Source: Vulcanimicrobiota bacterium (GTDB lineage Bacteria; Vulcanimicrobiota; Vulcanimicrobiia; Vulcanimicrobiales; Vulcanimicrobiaceae). Taken from it: a stretch of DNA of 64,000 nucleotides. Below are positions 48,732 through 58,065 of the stretch, piece after piece. The notes below the pieces were generated by a model that worked only from the letters and a program-made list of their open reading frames with translations, did not search any database and had not been told where the DNA came from. The DNA is taken from assembly GCA_963733295.1 (NCBI GenBank), contig CAVTCS010000003.1:1152001-1216000 (forward strand). Reading direction: 5' to 3'. Made by a program: the position numbers and the translations under genes. The number at the start of each line of letters is the position of its first letter. Position 1 is the stretch's first letter.

Positions 48732-49740
48732 GTCCGTTCGAGCGCGGCCAAATGGCGCTGCGGTTCGGATGCAAAACGGCGCAAGCAGCCGTCGCAGCAA
48801 AAGTAGTACGTGACGCCCGCGTGCTCGAGCTTCGGTGACTCACCGCCCGGCTCGACCCGCATGCCGCAGATCGGGTCGACGACCGTCTCGGGTCCGGCTG
48901 TCGCGGCAGGGTTTTCCTCGACCTCCGCCTCGCGCGGCGCGAGCGAGACGATCTCGGCCAAGATCGAGAGCGCGATCTCAGCCGGCCCTGCGCACCGATA
49001 TCGAGACCGATCGGATTGCGAATCTGCAGCAACCGTTCTAAACCGACGCCGGACTGCGTCAAGCTCCCGCGTAAGGCGTCCATGCGTTTGCGACTCGCCA
49101 AAACGCCGAGATATCCAAGCGGTATGGCCAGCAACCGCTCCAGAGCGCTCTCGTCGTAGTGTCCTTGCGAGGCCACGACCGCTGCGATTCGCGCCGCGTC
49201 GCTTCCTTCGCGTTCGAGAAACGAGCCGAGTTCGTCGAGCGCGAAGATTTCAACCTCCGGCTCGGCTTTCAACTGCGCGACTTCCTTCGCGAGGACGAAA
49301 CGCGTGACGCGATAGTCGAGCGACGCGCCGACGCGCGCGACCGCCTCGGCCACCGGTGTGAAGCCGACGACGATCAAGCGGCGCCGCGGAAGATGCGGCT
49401 CGATGTAGATTTCGATCGCCCCCTCCGAAGCGCAGCCCATCGGCACGACGACCCGGTCGATGCCGTCCTCGCCGGCCGCCCGTTCGGTGGCGAAACCGGG
49501 ACGAATCGAAAGAAGTTGCGAGCGTCCCCGCCGCAGCGCGCCCAGAGCCCACGTCAACACGATGTCGCGCGCGCAGGCGCCCCCGACGTAACCTTCCATC
49601 CGGCCGTCGGCGAAGACGATGGCGCGATCTCCGAGCGTCGCGCTGACCGGTGCCCGCCGGCCGACGACGGTCGCGAGTGCGAACGCTTGTCCGGAACGTT
49701 CGAGTTCTGCCAGCCGGTCGAAGTCGCGCGCGTTCGCCAT
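48728..49740 (-). pseudogene. coxF: XdhC/CoxF-family chaperone fused to a YHS domain, broken by a 1-bp frameshift (or assembly error)
   Basis: XdhC motifs GGAC, MGCASEG, PIGLDIGAQ in one frame; the continuation PAEIALSILAEI and YHS DPICGM..YYFCCDGC are in another frame. One base is missing at about 48984-48988. Confidence 0.8.
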
Positions 49741-49745
49741 TCCGT

Positions 49746-50198
49746 CTATCCCGCCGCGCTCAACTTTGACTTCACGTTTGCGAAAGTCTGGCTTATGACG
49801 CGTTGGGCCTGGCTATCGATGACGCGCCCGCCGACCGTCGCGACCGGGCCGCGCATGTTCGCGGTCGCGCTCCAATCCAGAGTCGTGGTCGAGTCGCCGT
49901 TGTCTTTCACCTCGGCAGCCGCCAGCAAGTCGACCACGCTCCCAAAACCCCCACCGCTGATCTTCATGTTCATGTGGTTCCCGTCGGGCTGCGGATCGAG
50001 CGAGATCTTGAACGTAAATTTGCCGCGCACCGGGCCCACGGCAACGCCGACCGTGGCGTCGAAGTTGTGCTGGTCCCGGATATTCGAGGAGAGCACGTCC
50101 GGAACGCAGGTCGCGATCTTGCTCGGATCGTTGATGAAGGCCCAGACCTTGTCTTTGGAAACCGGCACGACTTCCTGACCTTTGTATTCGAGGTTCAT
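49746..50198 (-). CDS. coxG: CoxG (SRPBCC) CO dehydrogenase accessory protein
   Basis: VWAFINDP..IATCVP, VGPVRGKF, GPVATVGGRVI. ATGA overlap with coxL. Confidence 0.88.
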   Translation of the reverse strand: MNLEYKGQEVVPVSKDKVWAFINDPSKIATCVPDVLSSNIRDQHNFDATVGVAVGPVRGKFTFKISLDPQPDGNHMNMKISGGGFGSVVDLLAAAEVKDNGDSTTTLDWSATANMRGPVATVGGRVIDSQAQRVISQTFANVKSKLSAAG

Positions 50199-52549
50199 GC
50201 CTTCGCGTTGTGGATCGCCGTCCAGACCTTCGAACGCGAGAGCGGCATGTCGAGGTGCGTGATGCCGAGCGGTGCCAGCGCGTCCATCACCGCGTTGACG
50301 AACGCCGCCGGCGAACCGACGTTGGGGCTCTCGCCGACTCCCTTGGCGCCGATCGGATGATGCGGGCTCGGCGTAACGGTGCTGCCGGTCTCCCACTTCG
50401 GCGTCTCCAGCGCCGTCGGGACGAGATAGTCGGTGAAATTCGTGTTGAGGTTGTTCCCACTTTCGTCGTAGACGATCTCCTGCATAAAGGCGATCGCAAA
50501 ACCTTCGGTAAGGCCGCCGTGGACTTGCCCTTCGACGATCATCGGATTGATGACGGTGCCGCAGTCGTCGACTGCGAGGAAGCGGCGCACGTGCGTTTCG
50601 CCGGTCTCCTTGTCGACGTCGACGACCGCGATGTACGCGCCGTGCGGAAACGTTAAGTTGGGCGGATCGTAGTAGTAGACCGCTTCGAGACCCGCTTCCG
50701 ACCCGGGAACGGGGTTCGTGTATGCAGCGAAGGCGATCTCTTTCATCGTGATCGATTTGCCGGGCACGCCTTTGACTTGGAACTTGTAGTCTTTCCATTC
50801 GACGTCGGCTTCGGCCGCCTCGAGCACGTGAGCGGCGATCTTGTGCGCCTTCTCGCGCACGCGGCGAGCCGCCATCGCCAACGCCGCTCCGGCGACCGGC
50901 GTGCTGCGGCTTGCGTAGGTGCCCAACCCGTAAGGCGCGGTGTCCGTATCGCCTTCTTCGACCAAGAGCGTTTGCGGATCGAGGCCGAGTTCTTCCGCGA
51001 CGATCTGCGCCCAGGTCGTCTCGTGACCTTGGCCTTGCGATTTCGTACCGGTGCGCACGATGCCCGAGCCCGTTGGGTGGATACGGATCTCTGCGCTATC
51101 GAACATTTTGATGCCCATGATATCGAAATGCTTGGCGGGTCCGGCTCCGACCGCTTCGGTAAACGTCGAGATGCCGATCCCCATCAGCTCGCCGCGCGCG
51201 CGTTTCTCGGCCTGCTCGCGCCGCAACTCGGTGTAACCCACCGTATCGAGCGCCTTCTGCAACGTCTTATGATAGTCGCCGCTATCGTAGATGAAGCCCA
51301 GTTGCGAAGGATACGGAAACTGCTCTTTCTTTACGAAGTTCTTCATGCGAAGATCGGCCGGATCGAGCTTGAGCTCGCGTGCCAGCATCTCCATGCCGCG
51401 CTCGATCGCAAACGAGGCTTCGGTGACTCGGAACGAGCAGCGGTAGGCGATGCCGCCGGGCGCTTTGTTCGTGAAGTACGCATCCAGCTCGGTGAACGCG
51501 GTCGGAAAATCGTACGAGCCCGTCACGATGCCGAACAAGCCGGCCGGATATTTCGTCGGGTCCGCCGCGGCGTCGAAAGCGCCGTGGTCGGCGACGGTCA
51601 CGACCTTGAGCGCGGTGACCTTGCCGTCTTTCGTCGCGCCGATTTCGACGTCCATGTGGTAGTCGCGTGCGAAACCCGTGGTCGTGAGGTTCTCGGTTCG
51701 CGTCTCGATCCACTTGACGGGCACGCCGAGCACGACCGATGCCACCGCCGCAACGACGTAGCCCGGATACACCGGAACCTTGTTGCCGAACCCGCCGCCA
51801 AGATCCGGCGAAACGACGTGGATCTTGTCTTCGGGTATTCCCGTGACGAGCGAGACGACGGTGCGGTGTGCGTGCGGCGCTTGCGAGGTGATGTACAGCG
51901 TCAGCCGCCCCGTCGCGGGATTCATGTCGGCGATGACCCCGCACGGTTCGAGCGGCGCCGGATGGCAGCGCTGGAAGACGATGCGCTCTTTGATACGAAC
52001 TTCGGCTGAGGCGAGCGCCGCATCGGTTTCCGCGCGGTGGCCGACTTCCCAATGGTAAATGTGGTTCGTTTTGTTCTCGCGGTCGTCGCGCAGAATCGTC
52101 TTGTCCGTCTTGGATACGAACGGATCCACGACCGGTTCGAGCGGCTCGTATTCGACATCCACGAGCTCGGCGGCGTCGACGGCGGCTTCACGCGTGGTGG
52201 CGACGACGCCCGCGACCTCTTGGTATTGATAGAGAACTTTGCCGACGGCGAGAACCATCTGCTTGTCGTATCCGTGAAAGGTCGGAATCCAGGCGAGTCC
52301 CGCCCCGGCCAGGTCCTCGGCCGTCAACACGGCTTTCACGCCGGGGACGGCCAGCGCTGCGGTTTTGTCGATCTTCACGATGCGCGCGTGCGGGTACGGG
52401 CTGTGCACGAGCGCCATGTAGAGCATGTTCGGAAGCACGATGTCGTCGACGAAGCGGCCCCTGCCTTGAATGAGGCGCGGGTCCTCTTTGCGCTTCATCG
52501 ATACGCCGAGCGCGTGGCGTTCTTGCGGGACTTCCGGTGCGATCGCCAT
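50195..52549 (-). CDS. coxL: Aerobic CO dehydrogenase large subunit, form I
   Basis: Active-site AYRCSFR (51428-51448); GGGFGNK, QGQGHETT, HHPIGAKGVGES. Confidence 0.95.
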   Translation of the reverse strand: MAIAPEVPQERHALGVSMKRKEDPRLIQGRGRFVDDIVLPNMLYMALVHSPYPHARIVKIDKTAALAVPGVKAVLTAEDLAGAGLAWIPTFHGYDKQMVLAVGKVLYQYQEVAGVVATTREAAVDAAELVDVEYEPLEPVVDPFVSKTDKTILRDDRENKTNHIYHWEVGHRAETDAALASAEVRIKERIVFQRCHPAPLEPCGVIADMNPATGRLTLYITSQAPHAHRTVVSLVTGIPEDKIHVVSPDLGGGFGNKVPVYPGYVVAAVASVVLGVPVKWIETRTENLTTTGFARDYHMDVEIGATKDGKVTALKVVTVADHGAFDAAADPTKYPAGLFGIVTGSYDFPTAFTELDAYFTNKAPGGIAYRCSFRVTEASFAIERGMEMLARELKLDPADLRMKNFVKKEQFPYPSQLGFIYDSGDYHKTLQKALDTVGYTELRREQAEKRARGELMGIGISTFTEAVGAGPAKHFDIMGIKMFDSAEIRIHPTGSGIVRTGTKSQGQGHETTWAQIVAEELGLDPQTLLVEEGDTDTAPYGLGTYASRSTPVAGAALAMAARRVREKAHKIAAHVLEAAEADVEWKDYKFQVKGVPGKSITMKEIAFAAYTNPVPGSEAGLEAVYYYDPPNLTFPHGAYIAVVDVDKETGETHVRRFLAVDDCGTVINPMIVEGQVHGGLTEGFAIAFMQEIVYDESGNNLNTNFTDYLVPTALETPKWETGSTVTPSPHHPIGAKGVGESPNVGSPAAFVNAVMDALAPLGITHLDMPLSRSKVWTAIHNAKA

Positions 52550-52561
52550 TCCTGGACTCTC

Positions 52562-53050
52562 CTACGAAGCGACGGGTTCGGCTTCGGCGGACATCTCCGC
52601 CGCGGCCTGTTGCACTGCTTTGACGATATTGTTGTATCCGGTGCAGCGGCACAGGTTGCCGGCGATTCCCTCGCGGATTTCTTGCTCGCTCGGGTTCGGA
52701 TTGTGCTCGAGCAGCACCGAGGCAGTCATCAGCATGCCGGGAGTACAGTAGCCGCACTGCAAGCCGTGAGCGTCCCAAAACGCTTGCTGGAGCGGGTGAA
52801 GCTTTCCGCCCTTCGCGAGGCCCTCGACGGTCGTGATCTCATGGCCGTCGGCCATCACTGCGAACATCGTGCACGACTTGACGGCTTGCTTACCGTCCAA
52901 GGCGACGACGCAGACGCCGCAGCTCGAGGAGTCGCAGCCGACGTGCGTGCCGGTAAGCCCGAGCTCCTCGCGCAAAAAATACGCGAGCAGCGTTCGCGGT
53001 TCGACGTCCCTTTCATAGGCCGTGCCGTTGACGGTGACGTTGATCTTCAC
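52562..53050 (-). CDS. coxS: CO dehydrogenase small (2Fe-2S) subunit
   Basis: [29 protein letters not shown]. Confidence 0.95.
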   Translation of the reverse strand: MKINVTVNGTAYERDVEPRTLLAYFLREELGLTGTHVGCDSSSCGVCVVALDGKQAVKSCTMFAVMADGHEITTVEGLAKGGKLHPLQQAFWDAHGLQCGYCTPGMLMTASVLLEHNPNPSEQEIREGIAGNLCRCTGYNNIVKAVQQAAAEMSAEAEPVAS

Positions 53051-53928
53051 TTCGAAACCTCCACGCCCAGACGCTTGAACGTTTTCTCCAGGGCCCGCCC
53101 GACGAGCACGCCTGCCATGTCCTTCTTGTACTCGACCGAGCCGCGCCCGTCGGCGCCCGGATCCGATTTCTTGCGCGCTAAATCCGCGGCGGCGCGGATC
53201 AGTTCGCGGCTCGGCCGCTGACCGACCAGAGCTCGCTCGGCATCGGCAACCCGCGTCGCCTGCGGACCAGCGGCGCCGAGCGCGATCCCGGCCGCGGCGA
53301 TGCTTCCGTCGGCAGCGAGCGCGATGACCGCTGCCGCCGATGCCGTTGCGAAATCGCCGACCTTTCGCTCGATTTTAAAATACGCGCCCGACGTGCGTGC
53401 CGCGGGCGTCGGGAAGCGAACTTCGATCGCCATCTCGCCGTCGGCTAGAGAGGTCGTGTAGGAATCGACGAGATAGTCGTCGATCGCTACGATCCGTTCG
53501 CCTTTTGGACCGCGCACGACGAGCTGGGCTCGCGCGGCGAGCGCGGCTACGCCCCAGTCGCCGGCCGGATCGTTGTGGCAGAGACTTCCCACCACGGTGC
53601 CCATCTGCCGGACGACCGGATCGGCCACGACGGCCGCGACGTCGCCGAGCAGATGATAGTTCGAAGCGATCAGCGGCGATCGTTCGAGCGCGAAGTCGCG
53701 CGTGCGCGCCCCGATGGCGAGCGTTCCGTTCGCTTCTTTGATATAGGCTAGTTCCTCGATCGGATTGATGTCGACGAGAACCGCCGGCCGCGCCAACCGG
53801 TAACGCATCGCCGGAATGAGACTCTGGCCGCCGGCCAACACGCGCGCGTCGGCGCCGTGTTGCGCGAGCGCTGCGAGCGCCTCTTGTGGTGAACGAGCCC
53901 GCACATATTCGAACGCTGCTGGGAACAC
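53047..53928 (-). CDS. coxM: CO dehydrogenase medium (FAD) subunit
   Basis: [45 protein letters not shown] Shine-Dalgarno. Confidence 0.93.
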   Translation of the reverse strand: MFPAAFEYVRARSPQEALAALAQHGADARVLAGGQSLIPAMRYRLARPAVLVDINPIEELAYIKEANGTLAIGARTRDFALERSPLIASNYHLLGDVAAVVADPVVRQMGTVVGSLCHNDPAGDWGVAALAARAQLVVRGPKGERIVAIDDYLVDSYTTSLADGEMAIEVRFPTPAARTSGAYFKIERKVGDFATASAAAVIALAADGSIAAAGIALGAAGPQATRVADAERALVGQRPSRELIRAAADLARKKSDPGADGRGSVEYKKDMAGVLVGRALEKTFKRLGVEVSK

Positions 53929-53943
53929 TCACGCCTCCAAACT

Positions 53944-53951
53944 GTGTACAC
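53944..53951. promoter_or_regulatory. Palindrome GTGTACAC, candidate GntR operator of the cox operon
   Basis: Perfect 8-bp palindrome between the putative -10 and the coxM Shine-Dalgarno; a GntR gene lies in the divergent operon. Confidence 0.35.
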
Positions 53952-53964
53952 TTCGGGAAGGGCC

Positions 53965-53990
53965 TTCGGGCGGCCGTACCCAAGTCCTGC
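53965..53990 (-). promoter_or_regulatory. Putative SigH-like promoter GCAGG-N17-CGAA for the cox operon
   Basis: Minus strand reads GCAGG acttgggtacggccgcc CGAA, 36 nt before the coxM GTG. Confidence 0.55.
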
Positions 53991-54047
53991 GATGGAACTT
54001 TCTGCTTCTTCTCCTTGCGCGGAGACCACTCTAATAAGTTTTGGATT

Positions 54048-54656
54048 GTGAACGCATCCGAACGAATCGCCGCAATCGTCCTCGCCGCAGGCGCGTCGAG
54101 CCGGATGGGCGCGCACAAACTATTGCTGCATTTGGAAGGTCAGAGCTTGATCCGGCGCGTCGTAAACGCAGTTCGCGAGGTTCCGATCGCCGACGTCGTC
54201 GTCGTTACCGGTTACAACCATCGCGCGCTCGAAGCGGAATTGTCGGATATACCAGTGCATTTCGCACTTAACCAGGACTATTCGCAAGGCATGGGCACGT
54301 CGTTCGCGGCGGGCGTGCGAGCGCTCGACTCGGGCATCAGTGCTGCCCTCTTCGTGCTGGCAGACCGGCCGTTCGTCAGCGTTGCCGACTATCGCCGGCT
54401 CATCGACGCATACCGTGCCGGCGACAGCGCCCTGGTCGCGGGACGCTACGGCGAAGTGATCGCCCCGCCGCACGTGGTCGCTCGCCGTCTGTTCCCGCGC
54501 GTCGGCAACGACGGAATCGGCATACGTCCCTTGCTTGAGGAGCTCGGCGCTGCGGCCACGCTGATCGACTTTCCGGAACGCGCTTTGCTCGATATCGACG
54601 AGCCGGCGGACCTCGAACGCGCCCGCGCGCTTCTCCGCAACGTGACGGCACCATGA
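54048..54656 (+). CDS. mocA: Molybdenum cofactor cytidylyltransferase (MocA-like)
   Basis: LAAGASSRMG..KLLL, NQDYSQGMGTS, ADRP, DIDEP; next to an enzyme that uses the MCD cofactor. Confidence 0.82.
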   Translation: MNASERIAAIVLAAGASSRMGAHKLLLHLEGQSLIRRVVNAVREVPIADVVVVTGYNHRALEAELSDIPVHFALNQDYSQGMGTSFAAGVRALDSGISAALFVLADRPFVSVADYRRLIDAYRAGDSALVAGRYGEVIAPPHVVARRLFPRVGNDGIGIRPLLEELGAAATLIDFPERALLDIDEPADLERARALLRNVTAP

Positions 54657-55351
54657 AGCGCGCATCGGACGTCACGCGCGTCCGCGTCGTCGAACACCTC
54701 CACTCACGTCTGCGCAGAATGATCGTGAGCGGCAAGTATCCGCCGGGCGCCGTTCTTTCCCAGGTTCAGTTGGCGAACATGCTCGGCGTCAGCCGGACTC
54801 CGCTGCGCGAAGCGATGCGCCGGCTCGAAGCCGAAGGGCTCATCGATGCCGAACAGAATCAGCGCGCGCGCGTCGCGAGCGCCGATGCGGAAGGCCTTGA
54901 CGTCCTCTTTACGGACCGGATTCTGCTCGAAGCGATGGGCATCAAGGTAACGGTTCCGAAACTCACCGAGATCGACCTCAACGGGCTGCTTGCGTCGGCA
55001 ACCGCACTGCGGCTCGCCGCCGAAGCGGGCAACGCCGGTCCGGCCGATCGAGCGCGGCGCGCGTTTCACCGCCAGCTCGTCTCGCGCGCGGGACGCCGCC
55101 TGCGCGAAAAGATCGGCGAACAATTCGACCGCTGCGAACGACACCGCAAGCACTTCGCGCCGCTCGAAGCGGTCACAACCGAGAGCTATGCCGCAATCTC
55201 GGGCGCCTGCATCGCGCGGGACCCCGCCGCGGCGGTGCGTCACGTCGCACGCCTCGAGACGGCACTCGCGCGCCGCACGCTGCACGCCCTCCAGCCTCGC
55301 TACGATCCCGTCGCGATCGGCGTCGCCCTGCAGATGCTCGACCGTGCGTGA
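54653..55351 (+). CDS. GntR-family regulator (FCD-type)
   Basis: wHTH YPPGAVL..LANMLGVSRTPLREA..LEAEGL; helical C-terminal domain with R..LE and FH. Confidence 0.88.
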   Translation: MKRASDVTRVRVVEHLHSRLRRMIVSGKYPPGAVLSQVQLANMLGVSRTPLREAMRRLEAEGLIDAEQNQRARVASADAEGLDVLFTDRILLEAMGIKVTVPKLTEIDLNGLLASATALRLAAEAGNAGPADRARRAFHRQLVSRAGRRLREKIGEQFDRCERHRKHFAPLEAVTTESYAAISGACIARDPAAAVRHVARLETALARRTLHALQPRYDPVAIGVALQMLDRA

Positions 55352-55658
55352 CGTTCTCGGCGCGATCGAAAGCTGGCGCGGGACCGGCTTGCGCGTCGCC
55401 GCCGCGACGGTAGTCGCAGTCCAGGGCTCGGCACCGCGCGACCCCGGCGCAGTTCTCGCAGTAAGCGAAAGCGGCGAAGTCGCGGGGTCGGTCAGCGGCG
55501 GATGCGTCGAGGGTGCGGTCGTCGAGGAGGCGCGCGACGTGCTCGCCACCGGCCGCCCGCGGCTCGTCTCGTACGGCATTAGCAACGAAGACGCCGAGGG
55601 TCACGGCCTGACCTGCGGCGGCACCATCCGCGTGTTCGTCGAGCTCGTCGATTGGTGA
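55344..55658 (+). CDS. XdhC/CoxI N-terminal domain protein
   Basis: ATVV..GSAPR.PGA, GSVSGGCVE, GLTCGGTI.VFVE. GTG start overlaps the GntR end. Confidence 0.85.
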   Translation: MRDVLGAIESWRGTGLRVAAATVVAVQGSAPRDPGAVLAVSESGEVAGSVSGGCVEGAVVEEARDVLATGRPRLVSYGISNEDAEGHGLTCGGTIRVFVELVDW

Positions 55659-55662
55659 AGCG

Positions 55663-56466
55663 GTGAGACTCTTCGAGCGCTTCGCCGCTGCTTTGCGCGC
55701 GGAGGAACCGGTCGCGCTCGCGACGCGACTCGACGGCAGCCGCGCCGGCGCGAAGCTACTGGTTTTCGAGAGCGATAGCGACGGCGATCTCGGATCCCCG
55801 GGCTTGAACTACGCCGTCGTGCAGGAAGCTCGCGCGCTTCTGCAAAGCGGCGGAACCGCGATTCGCTCGTTCGGAGAGGACGGCGAACCCGTCGAGGACG
55901 CGGTCCAGCTCTTTATCGAATCATTCGTCGCAAAGCCCGACATGTACGTCTTCGGGGCGCTCGATTTCTCGCGGGCGGTGACCCGGCTCGCCAAGTTTCT
56001 CGGCTATCGGGTGACCGTCGTCGACGCGCGGCCCGTCTTCGCTACGAGAGCGCGGATTCCGGATGCCGACGAGGTCGTCGTCGCCTGGCCCGACGAGTTC
56101 CTCGAGCGCGCCCCGGTCAGCGCGCGCACGGCGCTCGTCGTATTGACGCACGACGTGAAATTCGACATCCCCCTTCTGACCGTCGCGCTACGCACGAACG
56201 CCGGATATATCGGGACGATGGGCAACCGCGCTACCCACGAGAACCGTCTCGAGAAACTGCGTGAGGCCGGCGTCGAGGAATCTCAACTTTCTCGCATCAG
56301 CGGGCCGATCGGACTCGACATCGGAGCGCGGACGCCCGAAGAAACGGCGATCTCGATCGCCGCGGAGTTGATCGCGGTACGCTCCGGACGCCGGGGCGGC
56401 CGGCTGCGCGACAGTACGCTGCCGATCCACGGAAGCGTGCTATCGCAAGCGAGCGAATTTCGCTAA
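55663..56466 (+). CDS. XdhC-family protein (C-terminal Rossmann domain)
   Basis: FGALDFS, VVDARPVFAT, LTHD.KFD, YIGTMG, PIGLDIGARTPEETAISI. Confidence 0.88.
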   Translation: MRLFERFAAALRAEEPVALATRLDGSRAGAKLLVFESDSDGDLGSPGLNYAVVQEARALLQSGGTAIRSFGEDGEPVEDAVQLFIESFVAKPDMYVFGALDFSRAVTRLAKFLGYRVTVVDARPVFATRARIPDADEVVVAWPDEFLERAPVSARTALVVLTHDVKFDIPLLTVALRTNAGYIGTMGNRATHENRLEKLREAGVEESQLSRISGPIGLDIGARTPEETAISIAAELIAVRSGRRGGRLRDSTLPIHGSVLSQASEFR

Positions 56467-56486
56467 GGCCGAATTCCGCAGGGCGC

Positions 56487-57095
56487 TCAGGGTACGGCGA
56501 CCGGTATCGTGTTCGACGTTACCGTCGCGTACGGTTTCTGCGGAGTCCCAGGGATAGCGCCGGCTCTAAAAAGTGTCGCCGTTACGTGCACCCAATAGTT
56601 CCCCGGCCCGGCCTCTCCAACGCACGCGTATGCGCCCACCGGATCCAAACTACGCGCTCCGGGCGGTAGAAGCATGTGTTCACGGGTTGGTGTTGGCGCC
56701 GGCGTCGGTGACGGGGTCGGTTCTGGAGACGGAGTTTGATTGGGACTGTAACTGCTTCCGCTCACCATTCCGACCGAACCTACGATCGGAGGCTGAAAGC
56801 ACGGATAGCTCTTGCCGGAAGACTCTGTGACGATCACCACGGCGCCATATCTCGACGGCATCAGATCGAGCGTCGCCTTACCGACGTTCTTGGTAACGAT
56901 GCGAATCGTAGTGACGACACGACCATATTCTTGCCGCTTTACAGCGAATATCCCGATCTCAACGCCATTTTGCGGCGTTCCAAACGACACCGGCTCATCA
57001 GCGAGGGAAAGGGCGCAGAGTGCTCCGACGAAGACCGAAGTAATTATGAGAATGCGAGCTGGCGCGCAGTGACCGTGTATTAGCGTTCCGCTCAC
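56487..57095 (-). CDS. Hypothetical secreted protein with one Ig-like domain and a Pro/Thr-rich insert
   Basis: Hydrophobic signal ending ALSLA; lower GC; GTGA overlap with the upstream ORF. Confidence 0.6.
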   Translation of the reverse strand: MSGTLIHGHCAPARILIITSVFVGALCALSLADEPVSFGTPQNGVEIGIFAVKRQEYGRVVTTIRIVTKNVGKATLDLMPSRYGAVVIVTESSGKSYPCFQPPIVGSVGMVSGSSYSPNQTPSPEPTPSPTPAPTPTREHMLLPPGARSLDPVGAYACVGEAGPGNYWVHVTATLFRAGAIPGTPQKPYATVTSNTIPVAVP

Positions 57096-58054
57096 GGAGT
57101 CACAGTAAATGTCGTGCTTGCCGTAAGGCCTCTAATGGTTATGTCTTTGTCGGCCTCGCGTGGCGGGAAGGCGTTTACCAGAAACGATATGGCTAGCGTG
57201 TACGTCCCGGGCGCGAGCTGCCAGTCGTGCTCTATCGTATCGTCACGGATGTCCATAATCTGGCCATCAAAGAAATAACTGTGAGTCGAACTTCTTCCTA
57301 AGTCTTTGTTTGGAACGTTCCTCCGTACGATGGACCCTCTCCCGTCGTATAGTTCCGCATTACTCTCAGCAGTGAATTCTAGCCAAACGATTACGATCGA
57401 ATCGCCAGAGAAATTGCCGAGCCACACGGTGTACGGGATCGCCGACCCGCGCGGAAAAGACCGCGCCGGCATTGTTACCCCTACGCGAATCGCTGGCGCT
57501 GCTAGACCCCAGGGACCAGCCGGAGCTGGGGTGCCATGGCCCGTGATCTCAACCAGCATCGTATTCGATTGGAGCGACGTTTCGAGGGGCGCTTCGCTAC
57601 CCGCCTCTGTATACTTGACCACGGCAAGCGCGGTTATATAATAGCGACCCTTCGAAATGACAAAGCAAGTGAGGGGAGCTGTCCGTTGTTCAGTCCGAAC
57701 GGCTCCCGGAAGAATTACTGGCTGCGGGACTGAAAAATCCGAAACTGCACTTGCTTCGCCGCATCGCGGGCTTGCGTAGGCCACAGTCTTTCCGTTGGCA
57801 TCATGCGCGGATAGTATTGTGGCCGGCCAAACTAAAGGAACCCTCAGCGGCTTCTGTCCGGTATTCTTGACCTGGATAGTAATCGGCATCGACGATGCGG
57901 TCGAGTCGAAGCTTCTTGCTGAGACGATTCTAAGGGCCAGTCCGCCCGCCGAAGGCCCGAACTCGCCGTTCGGGTCTCCTTTCGAAGCAGCGGACCTAGG
58001 GACCAACAGAAACACTGCGGCAACCGCGATGGCAAAGAACTTCCATCTCCGCAT
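57092..58054 (-). CDS. Hypothetical secreted protein with two Ig-like domains
   Basis: Signal peptide MRRWKFFAIAVAAVFLLVPRSAA; two beta-sandwich-like repeats; lower GC. Confidence 0.65.
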   Translation of the reverse strand: MRRWKFFAIAVAAVFLLVPRSAASKGDPNGEFGPSAGGLALRIVSARSFDSTASSMPITIQVKNTGQKPLRVPLVWPATILSAHDANGKTVAYASPRCGEASAVSDFSVPQPVILPGAVRTEQRTAPLTCFVISKGRYYITALAVVKYTEAGSEAPLETSLQSNTMLVEITGHGTPAPAGPWGLAAPAIRVGVTMPARSFPRGSAIPYTVWLGNFSGDSIVIVWLEFTAESNAELYDGRGSIVRRNVPNKDLGRSSTHSYFFDGQIMDIRDDTIEHDWQLAPGTYTLAISFLVNAFPPREADKDITIRGLTASTTFTVTP

Positions 58055-58065
58055 GTCGCCGTTCT

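Noticed and set aside
50195..53928. Xanthine dehydrogenase or form II CODH-like hydroxylase
   Set aside because: The AYRCSFR motif (not AYRGAGR) and M-S-L order indicate form I CODH.
56680..56740. Tandem repeat or CRISPR-like array
   Set aside because: It is a low-complexity Pro/Thr linker (PSPEPTPSPTPAPTPT) inside a CDS with degenerate codons. No repeat-spacer array was seen anywhere in the window.
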